Origin: Methanothrix sp.
GTDB taxonomy: Archaea > Halobacteriota > Methanosarcinia > Methanotrichales > Methanotrichaceae
NCBI GenBank assembly: GCA_963682135.1
Contig: OY821645.1
Coordinates: forward strand, 864,001 to 928,000
DNA: 64,000 bases
Reading direction: 5' to 3'
A program made the translations under genes and the position numbers. The notes under the pieces were generated by a model. The model was given only the letters and a program-made list of their open reading frames with translations, was not told the DNA's origin and did no database searches. Within the stretch, counting starts at the first letter, position 1; every line of letters begins with the position of its first letter. Below are positions 19,002-29,078 of the stretch, piece by piece.

Positions 19002-19018
19002 AAAGATAATCAATAGTC

Positions 19019-20503
19019 TCAAGGATATCTGCTGAATGCAGCCGACAGCAATAATACAATTGTGATCAGCAGAGCTGACATATATTTTTCGCTTTTCTCT
19101 TCAGTCTCGCTATCAGCATCACTTATCTCTGTTTCATTCCAAGCAACATCAGTCAGATTGGTCTGCATCTTTGCTTGCACATCTATCTCAAGTGCCTGCA
19201 TGCTCGTATGGTATTCGTTCCCCCGCACGTCCCGATAGCTGATCTCATCGGGAGGAAGACGGAGCGTCCCCTGCTTGATGCAGCGCAGCTGGTAATCTTT
19301 AGAATAAGTCCCATTAGGGGGGAGCATAAGCGATTCATTGACAGATCCAGAGATCAGTTCGGTTCCTTCCGGCACATTCTCCTGCAAAGATATCCCTGCA
19401 TCTTTGTTTCCTGTATTGGTCAGCTGGATTGAAACCGTGGCTACCTCTCCCGGTTGCAGCTTTGTGGGACGAACGCTCCTATCAGCTTCGATTAGCGGCC
19501 CAAAGACATCTACCACAGGACTCTCGGAGCGGACGGTGTAGCTCTGCTTGTCCCAACTGTAGCAGACAATTGCATTCGGCAGGATTTGGCCTGGGCCTGT
19601 ATGTTTAGCCTCAATGAGATAGCTGATTGTCTTCGCCTCACCAGGAGACAGGTTAAGCTTCCAGCTCAAAGGGGAATCAGCTTGAAAGCCGGATCCAGTC
19701 GAATCTGATAGATCCAGTGTCAGAGTCCTATTGCCTGAGTTTCTCAGGGAGTTGATGACGTAATAGCTTTCTTGCAGTACCTGCGTCTCTTCTACTCTCT
19801 TGTGCAACTGGATGGGACCTGATATCTGAAAGTCTGTTCCGCCCCAGGATTCGTAAGCCTTTCCCTGTGGGTTGGAGTACTGGGCAAGGGCCCGGAGCTT
19901 CAAATTGGTTGGTTTGGGAAAATAGGGTGCTTTTATATTTATTTTAAGATTATCTATCTCGCGGGTGTTCTTCTTTTTATCCCAGACTCTTCCAGCCTCC
20001 ACTATCGAAATACCGTATCTGTTGTTCACAAAGGATGGTAGCGAGTCCAGTCTTATCCTCAAATTCTCGGCATCATCTATTCCATTATTCGCAATCTGCA
20101 ATTGGATCCTCATCTCATCGCCTCCCTGGTAAATTTCTCTATCCCCCTTCAAGATGAGAGATATGTCTGACGCCGCTGGAAGTTGCAGCCTTATTTTGGC
20201 AAAAGGATCATCCTGGAGATCTCCCCTGATGATCTGTTCCACGGTAACCTTTATGGAATCGTTCAGAGTGAAACCTTCTCCTACCTGCAAGGCCCGACTG
20301 GCAATGGTAAGATTATTGGCTTGCAGTTCTACAAGGACCTTGGATGTATGGGATTCTTCAATGGAAAAGTCAGCTAACTTTAGGGTGTAGTTCTCTAAAA
20401 ATAAGGTCTCTCCCCAGTGAAGCTCTCCGCTTATCCCTTCATCCCAGATGACGGCCTGGGCGGTGCATGTCAGAGCTAGCAATATAAATAAACGTTTAAG
20501 CAT
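19019..20503 (-). CDS. exported BatD/DUF11-like beta-sandwich protein with C-terminal membrane anchor
   Basis: Signal peptide; repeated Ig-like units (V...L.N.GN...D..P); C-terminal TM. Confidence 0.65.
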   Translation of the reverse strand: MLKRLFILLALTCTAQAVIWDEGISGELHWGETLFLENYTLKLADFSIEESHTSKVLVELQANNLTIASRALQVGEGFTLNDSIKVTVEQIIRGDLQDDPFAKIRLQLPAASDISLILKGDREIYQGGDEMRIQLQIANNGIDDAENLRIRLDSLPSFVNNRYGISIVEAGRVWDKKKNTREIDNLKINIKAPYFPKPTNLKLRALAQYSNPQGKAYESWGGTDFQISGPIQLHKRVEETQVLQESYYVINSLRNSGNRTLTLDLSDSTGSGFQADSPLSWKLNLSPGEAKTISYLIEAKHTGPGQILPNAIVCYSWDKQSYTVRSESPVVDVFGPLIEADRSVRPTKLQPGEVATVSIQLTNTGNKDAGISLQENVPEGTELISGSVNESLMLPPNGTYSKDYQLRCIKQGTLRLPPDEISYRDVRGNEYHTSMQALEIDVQAKMQTNLTDVAWNETEISDADSETEEKSEKYMSALLITIVLLLSAAFSRYP

Positions 20504-20504
20504 A

Positions 20505-21599
20505 TTAATGCCTTAGTATCAGATAGACAGCTACTATTACTAGTACGGCATATAGGTAAATTTTATCGCTATCCTGAAGAACATCTGTGCTCAAAGGATT
20601 ATCCCTCTCATCGTATGAGGCTTTTTCCGGCAAGAGATTCGTTCTCGTCTCGGCTTTGGCTATGCTCTTTGTGGCTGTTTTATTTGTGCTGCTTGCGGTT
20701 TCATCATTTACTGTATCATTTGTCAAGCTGAATTTTTCGGTTGCGGTTTCCTTTGCAATATCCTTTGCTGGTGCAGTTGTCTCTTTTTTCTCTTTGGAAT
20801 ATGCGGTCTCTTCTGACTGCAGGGCGCTTTGTTTTGCGTCAAAGGAGATGCCTTGAGGCGCATAGAAGACCAAGACATCATCTCTTGCAACCGTTATTTT
20901 TTTGGCCTTCTCGTACTCTATCTTAGTATCCCTGTCCTGCCATCTTACCGATAGATTATGCACCCCCTCTTCCAGCTTAATCGTGCCAAGTTCAGAGGTG
21001 CTGTCTTTGCTGACCTCCTTGCTCTTCTCAAAACTGTCATCTACATAAAGGAAAGCCTCCAAATCGTTGCTATTCTCATTGGTCAGCTTCACCAATATAT
21101 CGAACTTCTCCGGTGCCTCATGATTAGATGCATACAGGTTGATGGAGGTCTCATTCTGGATATCTTTAAGCTCCTGCATCTCGTATGATCTCTTGACATC
21201 CTCGTCCCACCAGGTTATCTTGAAATGGTGAGGTCCTTTTGAGAGTGGATAGCTATTGATCTTTAATTCAGAATCTGAGGAGAGTTCTTTGGTGTCCTTC
21301 AGATCGAAATCTATGAATAAGGAGACCTTGAGGCGCTCATTATCCTTATTGGAGACATAGACATGAACATCATAAACAGATTGATTTATGGATTCATTCG
21401 CCTGTGATAAGTCGCTTAGATTATTCTCGGGTAAAGAGAGCTGCCCGAGTGAGGCATTCTCCTCGGCACAGAGAACCACTTGAGGAATGATGATCCATAC
21501 CAGCAATATGATCTTGAAGGGTGTGATTCTCTCCAGACCTATAGGAAAGGGACAGAGGCACATATCCATTCCATATTGATGATGCTCCTTAAATAACAT
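20505..21599 (-). CDS. exported hypothetical protein with internal duplication and C-terminal TM (start uncertain)
   Basis: Two similar units (V.V.N....L...L.ID...G.H...I.W.D.D); Thr/Ala/Lys linker; TM ending in RH. Confidence 0.6.
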   Translation of the reverse strand: MLFKEHHQYGMDMCLCPFPIGLERITPFKIILLVWIIIPQVVLCAEENASLGQLSLPENNLSDLSQANESINQSVYDVHVYVSNKDNERLKVSLFIDFDLKDTKELSSDSELKINSYPLSKGPHHFKITWWDEDVKRSYEMQELKDIQNETSINLYASNHEAPEKFDILVKLTNENSNDLEAFLYVDDSFEKSKEVSKDSTSELGTIKLEEGVHNLSVRWQDRDTKIEYEKAKKITVARDDVLVFYAPQGISFDAKQSALQSEETAYSKEKKETTAPAKDIAKETATEKFSLTNDTVNDETASSTNKTATKSIAKAETRTNLLPEKASYDERDNPLSTDVLQDSDKIYLYAVLVIVAVYLILRH

Positions 21600-21692
21600 A
21601 TGGTATCAAGATTATAGCATTATGTGTTATTAGTAATCACAAATTTACATTAAAATTCATATATTATAATTAACTAAACGAAAAGATTATGT

Positions 21693-22097
21693 ATGGGCAC
21701 TTGGGATAGTGACCTCATAGAGGATGAGATCTTGACAGATATAGCCATCCAGCTTCTGGTATTGGAGGGCGTGCCCGTTCTGGCATTCGTTTATTATCTG
21801 CTACATAAGAAGCAGATGTATCAGTTGGAGAAGGGAATTGAAGAAAAAGATGATAAACAGATAAGAGCTGAACGCAGGATCATCAATGGCCTCTTCTTGG
21901 CGCTGGCAGGGTCCTCTATGATTCTGGCACCAAGCTTTGCAGTTCTGATAGGCATCGAAGCGCATCTATCCTTTGAGCTTCTCCTGGCGAGCCTCGTGGT
22001 TCTCTGTGCGGGAATCGCGATGATAATCGGTGGAGAGTTGATCAAATATAGGGCTGGTTTTGCCAAGGATCAGAATTCATTGGCGGGATTGAAATAG
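21693..22097 (+). CDS. small membrane protein (DUF6249-like)
   Basis: TM followed by QLEKGI, then two more TMs. Confidence 0.55.
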   Translation: MGTWDSDLIEDEILTDIAIQLLVLEGVPVLAFVYYLLHKKQMYQLEKGIEEKDDKQIRAERRIINGLFLALAGSSMILAPSFAVLIGIEAHLSFELLLASLVVLCAGIAMIIGGELIKYRAGFAKDQNSLAGLK

Positions 22098-22277
22098 GAA
22101 CCGTCACCTGAATGAAACGCTCCTTGTCCTCTCATGTGCCATCTTCATTCCCGCCATCCTTGCCAAGAACATTTTTGTAATAATCATATTTATTAACAAT
22201 GACTCTAAATTAGTTATTAACAAAAGAGACTTATATTTGAATTGTATCAATAAGAAAGAATCATGAGAGGAAGAGAT

Positions 22278-23387
22278 ATGAAGAATAGGATAGTTTCAAC
22301 TTTGCTGGTTCTACCGTTAGTGGCATTGCTCCTCTGCATATCTTGTGGGGCGGCAGAGTATCCAAAGACCTTCACCGACTCAGCTGACAGAGAGGTCACG
22401 CTGCAAATGCCGGTGGAGAGGATTATCGTACTGAGCACCGATGCAGCAGAAGCAGTTGAACTTCTAGGTGCAGGAGATAAGATTGTTGGTGTTACAGATA
22501 CCGTTCAAAAATATAGCTGGTACTTCCCCAATCTCAAAAATAAGGCACTGGTGGGCAAATGGAGCGCACCTGATTATGAGGTTATAGGCCAGATCGCCAA
22601 GGGAACTGAGGACGTCATAACTCCCAATATCCTTGTATTGGGCTATCCTTCCGGTAAGATGGGAGGAAAGTCTTATGGAGTGGATGCGGTGGCCGAGGGT
22701 CTAGCACCATTCAAAGACATAGCTGTTGCCGGCTTCAGTTTCTACAAGGGCGATAGCATGGACAAAGAGATCACCCTTCTGGGCCAGATTCTGGGCAAAG
22801 AGGATAAGGCTGCTGAGTATCTCGCCTGGAAGAACACCAAGAAAGAGGCCATTGCCGGGGCAGTCGAGGGCAAGGGCATTTCCAAGGTCTATTTTGAGAA
22901 CACTCAGCCAAAAGGGCTGGGAGAGCTCAAGACCAATGGAGGGAAATCCGATATCGATATGAGCATCAGGCTTGCAGGAGGGCTCAATGTATTCGGATCA
23001 ACTTCTGATGAGTCCATAACCACCAGCTGGGAGACGGTGATCACTAAGAATCCTGACGTCATCTTGCAGGCCAAGTCGGACGACATTCTCGGTTGGGGAG
23101 CATTTCCATCCAGCAACACGATTGCCGCCCAACAGGCTCGCGATGAGATCATGGGCCGCACCGGCGGAAATGCGGCTCCTGCCATCAAGAATAAAAAAGT
23201 CTGGATCGTCTACCGCAAGATGCTCTACGGACCAGGCAGCATGGCTGGAACTGCCTTCATGGCCAAGCTGCTACACCCCGATGCCGATCTAGATCCTGTT
23301 GCAGTTTATAAGGAGTACCTTGATTTGCTGGGCATCAAATATCCGGAAGGAAGGACTTTTGTATTCCCTCAGATGGAGAGCGAGTAG
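22278..23387 (+). CDS. BtuF/siderophore-type ABC substrate-binding protein
   Basis: Signal peptide; FTDSADREV...PVERIIVL...LGAGDKIVGV; AKLLHPD. Confidence 0.88.
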   Translation: MKNRIVSTLLVLPLVALLLCISCGAAEYPKTFTDSADREVTLQMPVERIIVLSTDAAEAVELLGAGDKIVGVTDTVQKYSWYFPNLKNKALVGKWSAPDYEVIGQIAKGTEDVITPNILVLGYPSGKMGGKSYGVDAVAEGLAPFKDIAVAGFSFYKGDSMDKEITLLGQILGKEDKAAEYLAWKNTKKEAIAGAVEGKGISKVYFENTQPKGLGELKTNGGKSDIDMSIRLAGGLNVFGSTSDESITTSWETVITKNPDVILQAKSDDILGWGAFPSSNTIAAQQARDEIMGRTGGNAAPAIKNKKVWIVYRKMLYGPGSMAGTAFMAKLLHPDADLDPVAVYKEYLDLLGIKYPEGRTFVFPQMESE

Positions 23388-23623
23388 AGACTCCAGCATA
23401 TTTTTTGCGGAACAAAACGCATTATTCATATGATGCGGTTGTTGGACCATCCAATAGCCAATGATAATACCTATATTCAATTAGTGCTATCTAAGGCATA
23501 AATCAATACCTTTTTAAGTCCATACATGTTATCCACATTAGAATAGCTATTAATATAGGTGACATGAATTTGCAGCATTCATATTAAATGATAATAGTTC
23601 TATCAAATAATAGGTGAAATAAT

Positions 23624-26600
23624 ATGAAAATCGTCTCTATAACCTGGGCTAGCGAGCTGCCCCTCTTGCTTGAGGCCGCAAAAGAGATCGGCCTGGACAT
23701 GGAGCTGTGGTCTGCATCTCAGCTTTCCAGCGAAGCAGATCTGGAAAGATGTCTGGAATCTCTAAAGAGAGCCAACCTCATTCTGCTCCATCCCTCCAGC
23801 GATGCCTGCTGGGATGAGATTGTTCCTGCTTTGAATCAAGGTATTCCTGTTATCTCTTTTGGAAGGGATCCATCTCATTGGGCTTTGGCCAATGTCTCAC
23901 TGGAGATGACCCAGATGATCAACAAGTATGTTCTCTTCGCAGGTCCGGAGAACTTCAAGAACATGCTCAAGTATGTCTGCAAAGAGGTTCTGGGGCTCGA
24001 CTTTAAATTTGATCCGCCGCAGGAACTTTTATGGCAGGGATTATATCATCCTCATGCAAAAGCCGCCTTTGCCACTCTCGACGAGTATCTGCAGTGGTAC
24101 GGCACGCTGAAAAGCCCGACCGTGGGCATAATATTCTCGCGAACCTATTGGGCCAATGGGGATACCGCTCTGGCGAACGCCTTCATCGCTGAGCTGGAGA
24201 AACAGGGCTCAGTTCTTCCAGTCTTCTGCTTCGGTATGGGCGATCGGGACCTTGGTGCCTGGTCGAGCGTTGAGGTGGCTGAGAAGATCTTCATGGGCAG
24301 AGTAGATGCGATCATCAATCTCCTGCCCATCTTCCGTCCACGAAAACCAGAGGATTCAGCCAGTATCCTCAAGTCGATTGACGTACCGGTCTTCCATCCA
24401 CTCATGGTCTATCACAAGACTGTGGACGAATGGCAAAAGGACATTCATGGACTCTCCAGCAGCGAGGTAGGCTGGTCTGTGGCAATGCCTGAGTTCGAGG
24501 GTGTCATAGAGCCTCTGATCTGTGGAGTGACCGATAGATCAGAATCAGATGGTGCCCTGATTGAGAGGCATGTGCCCATACCGGAGAGAGTCTCAAAAGT
24601 ATGCAGACGGGTCTCCAAGTGGATCGCACTCAAGAACAAGCCCGTGTCACAGCGCCGTGTGGCCTTTATCCTGCATAACAATCCGTGCGTATCCACAGAA
24701 GCGTCTGTAGGCGGCGGAGCCCATCTCGATACCCTTGAGAGCGTGGCTCGCATCATGAACAGGATGGCTGATGAGGGCTACTCTCTGGAGAATACTCCCG
24801 CAAATGGAAAAGAGCTTATCGAGACGATCATGGGCAGAAAAGCTATCTCCGAGTTCCGCTGGACTCCCATAGAGGAAATTGTCCAGAAAGGTGGAGCGCT
24901 GGCATATCTCTCCAAAGAGGAATATGAGCAATGGTTCGGATGCCTCTCGCCAGAGGTGCGAAGCCGCGTCAGCGAGGCCTGGGGAAATCCGCCAGGTGAG
25001 GAGAAGAACGGAATTCCTGCAGCTATGCTCTATCAGGGAAAGATCGTGATCACGGGCGTCCAGTACGGCAATGCTCTCGTCTGCGCTCAGCCCAAGCGCG
25101 GCTGTGCCGGAGCCAGATGCGACGGCCAGGTCTGCAAGATCCTGCATGACCCGGAGGTTCCGCCAACCCACCAGTACATCGCTACCTACAGATACATAGA
25201 GAAGGTCTTCGGTGCAGATGTGATTGTGCATGTCGGCACCCACGGCAACCTGGAATTTCTGCCCGGAAAGTCTGTAGGCCTGTCCAGCGACTGCTATCCC
25301 GATATTGGAATAGGGGATATGCCTCACCTTTATATCTACAACTCCGATAACCCACCTGAGGGCACAATTGCCAAGCGCCGGAGCTATGCCACACTCGTGG
25401 ACCACATGCAGGCAGTGATGACGGACTCAGACCTCTATGGAGAGCTGAAGGAGCTGGAGGAGAGGATCGCCGAGTACAACCGCGCCAGAATCTCAGATGG
25501 CGCAAGGGCTCATGCCCTGGAGCATATTATATTAGAGCTTCTTCTGAAGAGCAACCTCGCCAAGGAGATGAAGCTTGAGAAGCTGACCGCATCGGGTGCA
25601 AGCTTCGAGCAGATCTTAGAGAGGGCTCACGACAGGATTTCTCTGCTCTACAACACCCAAATTCCAGACGGCATGCACATCTTCGGGTTTCTTCCTGAGG
25701 GCGAGAGGAGACGGGAGATGGTGCGCTCCATTCTGCGAACCGAATTTCGTAAGACTGCAGCAGAGCTTCTGGGAAAGGAGGTCACAACTAATATGGAGGA
25801 TCTGCAGGAGCTGGACAGCCTCTGTAAAGAGCTTGTCTCGGCCATCATGCCATCTTGCGAGAAAGACACAGATGGCGGCAACTGCCAGATGAAGCTGCCG
25901 GAGCTGCTGGAGAGCAGAGGGCTGCATGGAAACGGATCTCTCCTGGCTCTGCAGGGCAGGGTGGAGGATCTCTGCCGGCGGATTGAGGCATCGAGGGAGT
26001 TGGAAAGCCTGCTGCATGGATTCTCAGGAGGCTTCATTGAGCCGGGTCCATCCGGCCTGATCACCAAAGGAAAGATCGAGGTCCTGCCCACGGGACGCAA
26101 CTTCTACTCTCTGGACCCGGAAGCTGTTCCGACGCAGGCCGCATGGATGGTGGGAAGAAGGCTTGCCGACAGCCTGATCGAGAAGTATCGCAAGGAGCAG
26201 GGCCGCTTGCCTGAGAACGTCGCCATGTTCTGGATGGCAGGGGATGTGATGTATGCCGACGGGGAACAGATGGCACAGATCTTCCACCTGATAGGCGTAA
26301 AGCCCGTCTGGAAGGGTGCGAAGCTCAGAGGATATCAGGTAGTCCCTCTGGAGGAGCTGGGACGGCCCAGGATAGACCTGACAATCAAGTCTTCAGGCAT
26401 CATCCGAGACTGCTTCTATAACTGCATAGAAATGGTCGACAGAGCGATACGGGAGGTCGCAGCACTCGATGAGCCGCCGGAGATGAACTATCTTAGAAAG
26501 CATGATCTGGAGAACGGCTCCATGCCTCGCATCTTTGCCAGCAGGCCGGGCACATACGGAAACGGCGTGAATCTGGCAGTCTATGCATCGGCATGGAAGA

Positions 26601-27343
26601 AGGAGAAGGACCTCTCAGACGTCTTCATCTACTGGAACGGTTACGCCTACGGCAAGGGTTTCTTTGGTGAGGAGTCTTCGGAGAAACTCATCAAGCAGCT
26701 CAAGAGTGTGGATGTCACATTCAACAAGACAACAACAGATGAAAAAGACCTGTTTGGATGCTGCTGCTACTTCGGCAATCACGGCGGCATGACCATCGCA
26801 GCCCGTGAGGTCTCCGGCCATCCGGTGGAGGCTTACTATGGAGACACCAGAGACCCGGACAATGTGGAGGTGCGCACCCTGGCCGACGAGGTCCGGCGGG
26901 TTGTACGCACCAAGCTGCTCAATCCCAAGTGGATCGAAGGCATGAAACGGCACGGCTACAAGGGAGCAGGAGACATCTCCAAGCGCGTGGGCCGGGTCTA
27001 CGGCTGGGAGGCGACGACTCAAGAAGTAGACGACTGGATCTTCGACGATATAGCCAAGACCTTCATCATGGATGAGGAGAACCGCAAGTTCTTCGAGGAG
27101 AACAATCCCTGGGCCATGGAGGAGATGGGCAGAAGGCTGCTGGAGGCCGAGCAGAGGGGCCTATGGAAGGCCGACCCGCAGGTGCTGGATGCATTGAAGA
27201 ACCTTTATTTGGAGATAGAGGGCTGGATGGAGGAGAGGATGGGAGATGTCCAGGGCGATTTCCAGGGCGGGGCAATAGATGTCTTCAATGCCGATGAGGT
27301 GGCCGCCTGGAAGGAGAAGATGGCGAAGGTTCTCGGACCTTGA
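23624..27343 (+). CDS. cobN: cobaltochelatase subunit CobN
   Basis: AMPEFEG, HVGTHGNLEFLPGK, AKRRSYA, LPTGRNFY, NPKWIEGMKRHGYKGA. Confidence 0.93.
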   Translation: MKIVSITWASELPLLLEAAKEIGLDMELWSASQLSSEADLERCLESLKRANLILLHPSSDACWDEIVPALNQGIPVISFGRDPSHWALANVSLEMTQMINKYVLFAGPENFKNMLKYVCKEVLGLDFKFDPPQELLWQGLYHPHAKAAFATLDEYLQWYGTLKSPTVGIIFSRTYWANGDTALANAFIAELEKQGSVLPVFCFGMGDRDLGAWSSVEVAEKIFMGRVDAIINLLPIFRPRKPEDSASILKSIDVPVFHPLMVYHKTVDEWQKDIHGLSSSEVGWSVAMPEFEGVIEPLICGVTDRSESDGALIERHVPIPERVSKVCRRVSKWIALKNKPVSQRRVAFILHNNPCVSTEASVGGGAHLDTLESVARIMNRMADEGYSLENTPANGKELIETIMGRKAISEFRWTPIEEIVQKGGALAYLSKEEYEQWFGCLSPEVRSRVSEAWGNPPGEEKNGIPAAMLYQGKIVITGVQYGNALVCAQPKRGCAGARCDGQVCKILHDPEVPPTHQYIATYRYIEKVFGADVIVHVGTHGNLEFLPGKSVGLSSDCYPDIGIGDMPHLYIYNSDNPPEGTIAKRRSYATLVDHMQAVMTDSDLYGELKELEERIAEYNRARISDGARAHALEHIILELLLKSNLAKEMKLEKLTASGASFEQILERAHDRISLLYNTQIPDGMHIFGFLPEGERRREMVRSILRTEFRKTAAELLGKEVTTNMEDLQELDSLCKELVSAIMPSCEKDTDGGNCQMKLPELLESRGLHGNGSLLALQGRVEDLCRRIEASRELESLLHGFSGGFIEPGPSGLITKGKIEVLPTGRNFYSLDPEAVPTQAAWMVGRRLADSLIEKYRKEQGRLPENVAMFWMAGDVMYADGEQMAQIFHLIGVKPVWKGAKLRGYQVVPLEELGRPRIDLTIKSSGIIRDCFYNCIEMVDRAIREVAALDEPPEMNYLRKHDLENGSMPRIFASRPGTYGNGVNLAVYASAWKKEKDLSDVFIYWNGYAYGKGFFGEESSEKLIKQLKSVDVTFNKTTTDEKDLFGCCCYFGNHGGMTIAAREVSGHPVEAYYGDTRDPDNVEVRTLADEVRRVVRTKLLNPKWIEGMKRHGYKGAGDISKRVGRVYGWEATTQEVDDWIFDDIAKTFIMDEENRKFFEENNPWAMEEMGRRLLEAEQRGLWKADPQVLDALKNLYLEIEGWMEERMGDVQGDFQGGAIDVFNADEVAAWKEKMAKVLGP

Positions 27344-27411
27344 GAAAGGCGGAGCAGAGCTCTGGCTGTGGGAATGAATAGGACCAGACGACGCTATCCC
27401 GGCCATTAAGC

Positions 27412-27457
27412 AATGGGATGGGTGTTGCCAATCATTCCTCCCATTATCCTATTTTTC
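27412..27457 (+). terminator. putative terminator after cobN
   Basis: AATGGGA...TCCCATT hairpin followed by T6. Confidence 0.4.
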
Positions 27458-27588
27458 CATCAAATGCTCCAATGCCTATTGTTTTCCGTAATTAATTTTT
27501 GAGTCGGAGATCACACACTCATAAAATGAAATCGAAAGTCATTCCGCTAGTTAGTTATAAATACATAGATTCACATCTGATTCTTTCG

Positions 27589-27611
27589 TATTACTATTAA
27601 GAAAAGTAATA
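27589..27611. promoter_or_regulatory. palindromic operator-like site TATTAC-N11-GTAATA
   Basis: Perfect 7-bp arms; near-copy TATTAC-N11-GTAAAA at 18083-18105. Confidence 0.35.
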
Positions 27612-27638
27612 TCAATTACGCGACTGGTGCAAAAAGAT

Positions 27639-27740
27639 ATGAAATTAGGATTGAAGATAGGTCTGATCGCTTTGCTCATTCTGGCTATATCATATGCTGC
27701 ACTAGGTGCCTCATCAGCAGGCCAGAAGGATGTGAACTAA
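27639..27740 (+). pseudogene. signal-peptide-only remnant of an exported protein
   Basis: MKLGLKIGLIALLILAISYAALGASSAGQKDVN* with GGTG upstream. Confidence 0.45.
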
Positions 27741-27813
27741 AGAAAATTGGTGCTTTATCTATCCGAATGGCTAATGAATTCGAATTGCAGCATTCCGGAG
27801 ACAACTGGGGAAT

Positions 27814-28608
27814 ATGTGGCAAACCGCAATGGATTGGATGGTCAGACTGAGTCATAGATTGAAGCTCGGAGCAGAGGGAGCCTATGCCATCCTCTGGGCG
27901 GATCTGGTCGCACTGAGGCGAAACCTGTCCCATTACCTGATAGCGACAGTTGTCGGCCCACTTCTTTATATGGCAGCTTTCGGCTTTGGCCTGGGCGGGA
28001 GTATCAAGATGGACGGCATGAGCTATCTGGAGTTCGTCATTCCGGGAATTATCGCCATGACTGCCATGAACAGCAGCTTCAATGGCTCAGGAACCAGGCT
28101 GGTAGTGGATCAGATCCACTGGAGAAGCTTCGATGAGTCTCTCATGGCTCCCATCAGCCAGCCATCGCTTCTCCTGGGAAAAGCCCTGATCGGAGTCTTG
28201 CGGGGCAGCGTTAGCAGCATCGCATTTCTTATCATGGCCCTGCTCATCAGGCCGCAGCTTCATATCAGCGCCACTCTCCTCGTGAGCCTGGCTTTAACCT
28301 GCTTTATCTTCTCATTTCTGGGAGTGCTCTCCGCTCTTCTGGCCCGCTCTTATGATGATATGATCATGTTCACCAGCATCATCATCACGCCGATGGCCTT
28401 TTTAGGCGGGACCTTCTTCTCCCTGAATTATGTGCCAGAAGCCCTAAAATATGCTCTTTACCTGCTGCCGCTCACCCATGCCAGCATCTGCTTGCGGGCG
28501 TCTGTTATGGGGCAAGGCGTCCCATACCAGTCAATGCTTGCATTGATCCTCTTTCTGGCCCTCTTTGCGACAGGTGCGCTGCTCGCCCTGAAGAGAAAAG
28601 ACGCTTAG
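27814..28608 (+). CDS. ABC-2 type permease (no ATPase partner in window)
   Basis: SYLEFVIPGIIAM, PMAFLGGTFF, LLPLTHA. Confidence 0.88.
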   Translation: MWQTAMDWMVRLSHRLKLGAEGAYAILWADLVALRRNLSHYLIATVVGPLLYMAAFGFGLGGSIKMDGMSYLEFVIPGIIAMTAMNSSFNGSGTRLVVDQIHWRSFDESLMAPISQPSLLLGKALIGVLRGSVSSIAFLIMALLIRPQLHISATLLVSLALTCFIFSFLGVLSALLARSYDDMIMFTSIIITPMAFLGGTFFSLNYVPEALKYALYLLPLTHASICLRASVMGQGVPYQSMLALILFLALFATGALLALKRKDA

Positions 28609-28759
28609 TCTCTTTGCTTATGGTTTTTGCAGGAGAGCGTGGGACAAAGCCTGATGGGAAGGCCAGGGGCAGCTTCTCGGGGCTACTGCCGTCGAGAAAT
28701 ATATCGTCTAAATAGTAGTCTAAAGTAGTCTTAATCAGATCCATTATAGTTCGGTTTAG

Positions 28760-28900
28760 ACTAATGGCAAATCGCTTTAATGATGGCGATTTCTATGATT
28801 TCACTCATCATACCCAGACCATTTTTCCGTCTAATTCAGAGATTTTTAATGCGTTTTAGACGAAAACCATTTCGATCTTGGATATATTCCAGAGACACGA
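28760..28900 (-). pseudogene. possible degenerate DDE transposase C-terminal remnant
   Basis: Broken frames give SKIEMVF..KR and EIAI(I)KAICH, resembling IS4/IS5 C-termini. Confidence 0.3.
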
Positions 28901-29078
28901 TTATGTCGTAGGAGCGCGTTTCCTGAGCTAAATTCCTTGTTTGTCGCATTAATCAAGGCATCTCTTGAGAATAAACCCGCTCCGTCTTAACGCAAAGGCA
29001 GATTGAAGAAAAGACAAAAAATTGAAAATTCAGGCATTAGCTGCAACAGCTTCTGCCGTTTTTCTTCCTAATTTTCTC

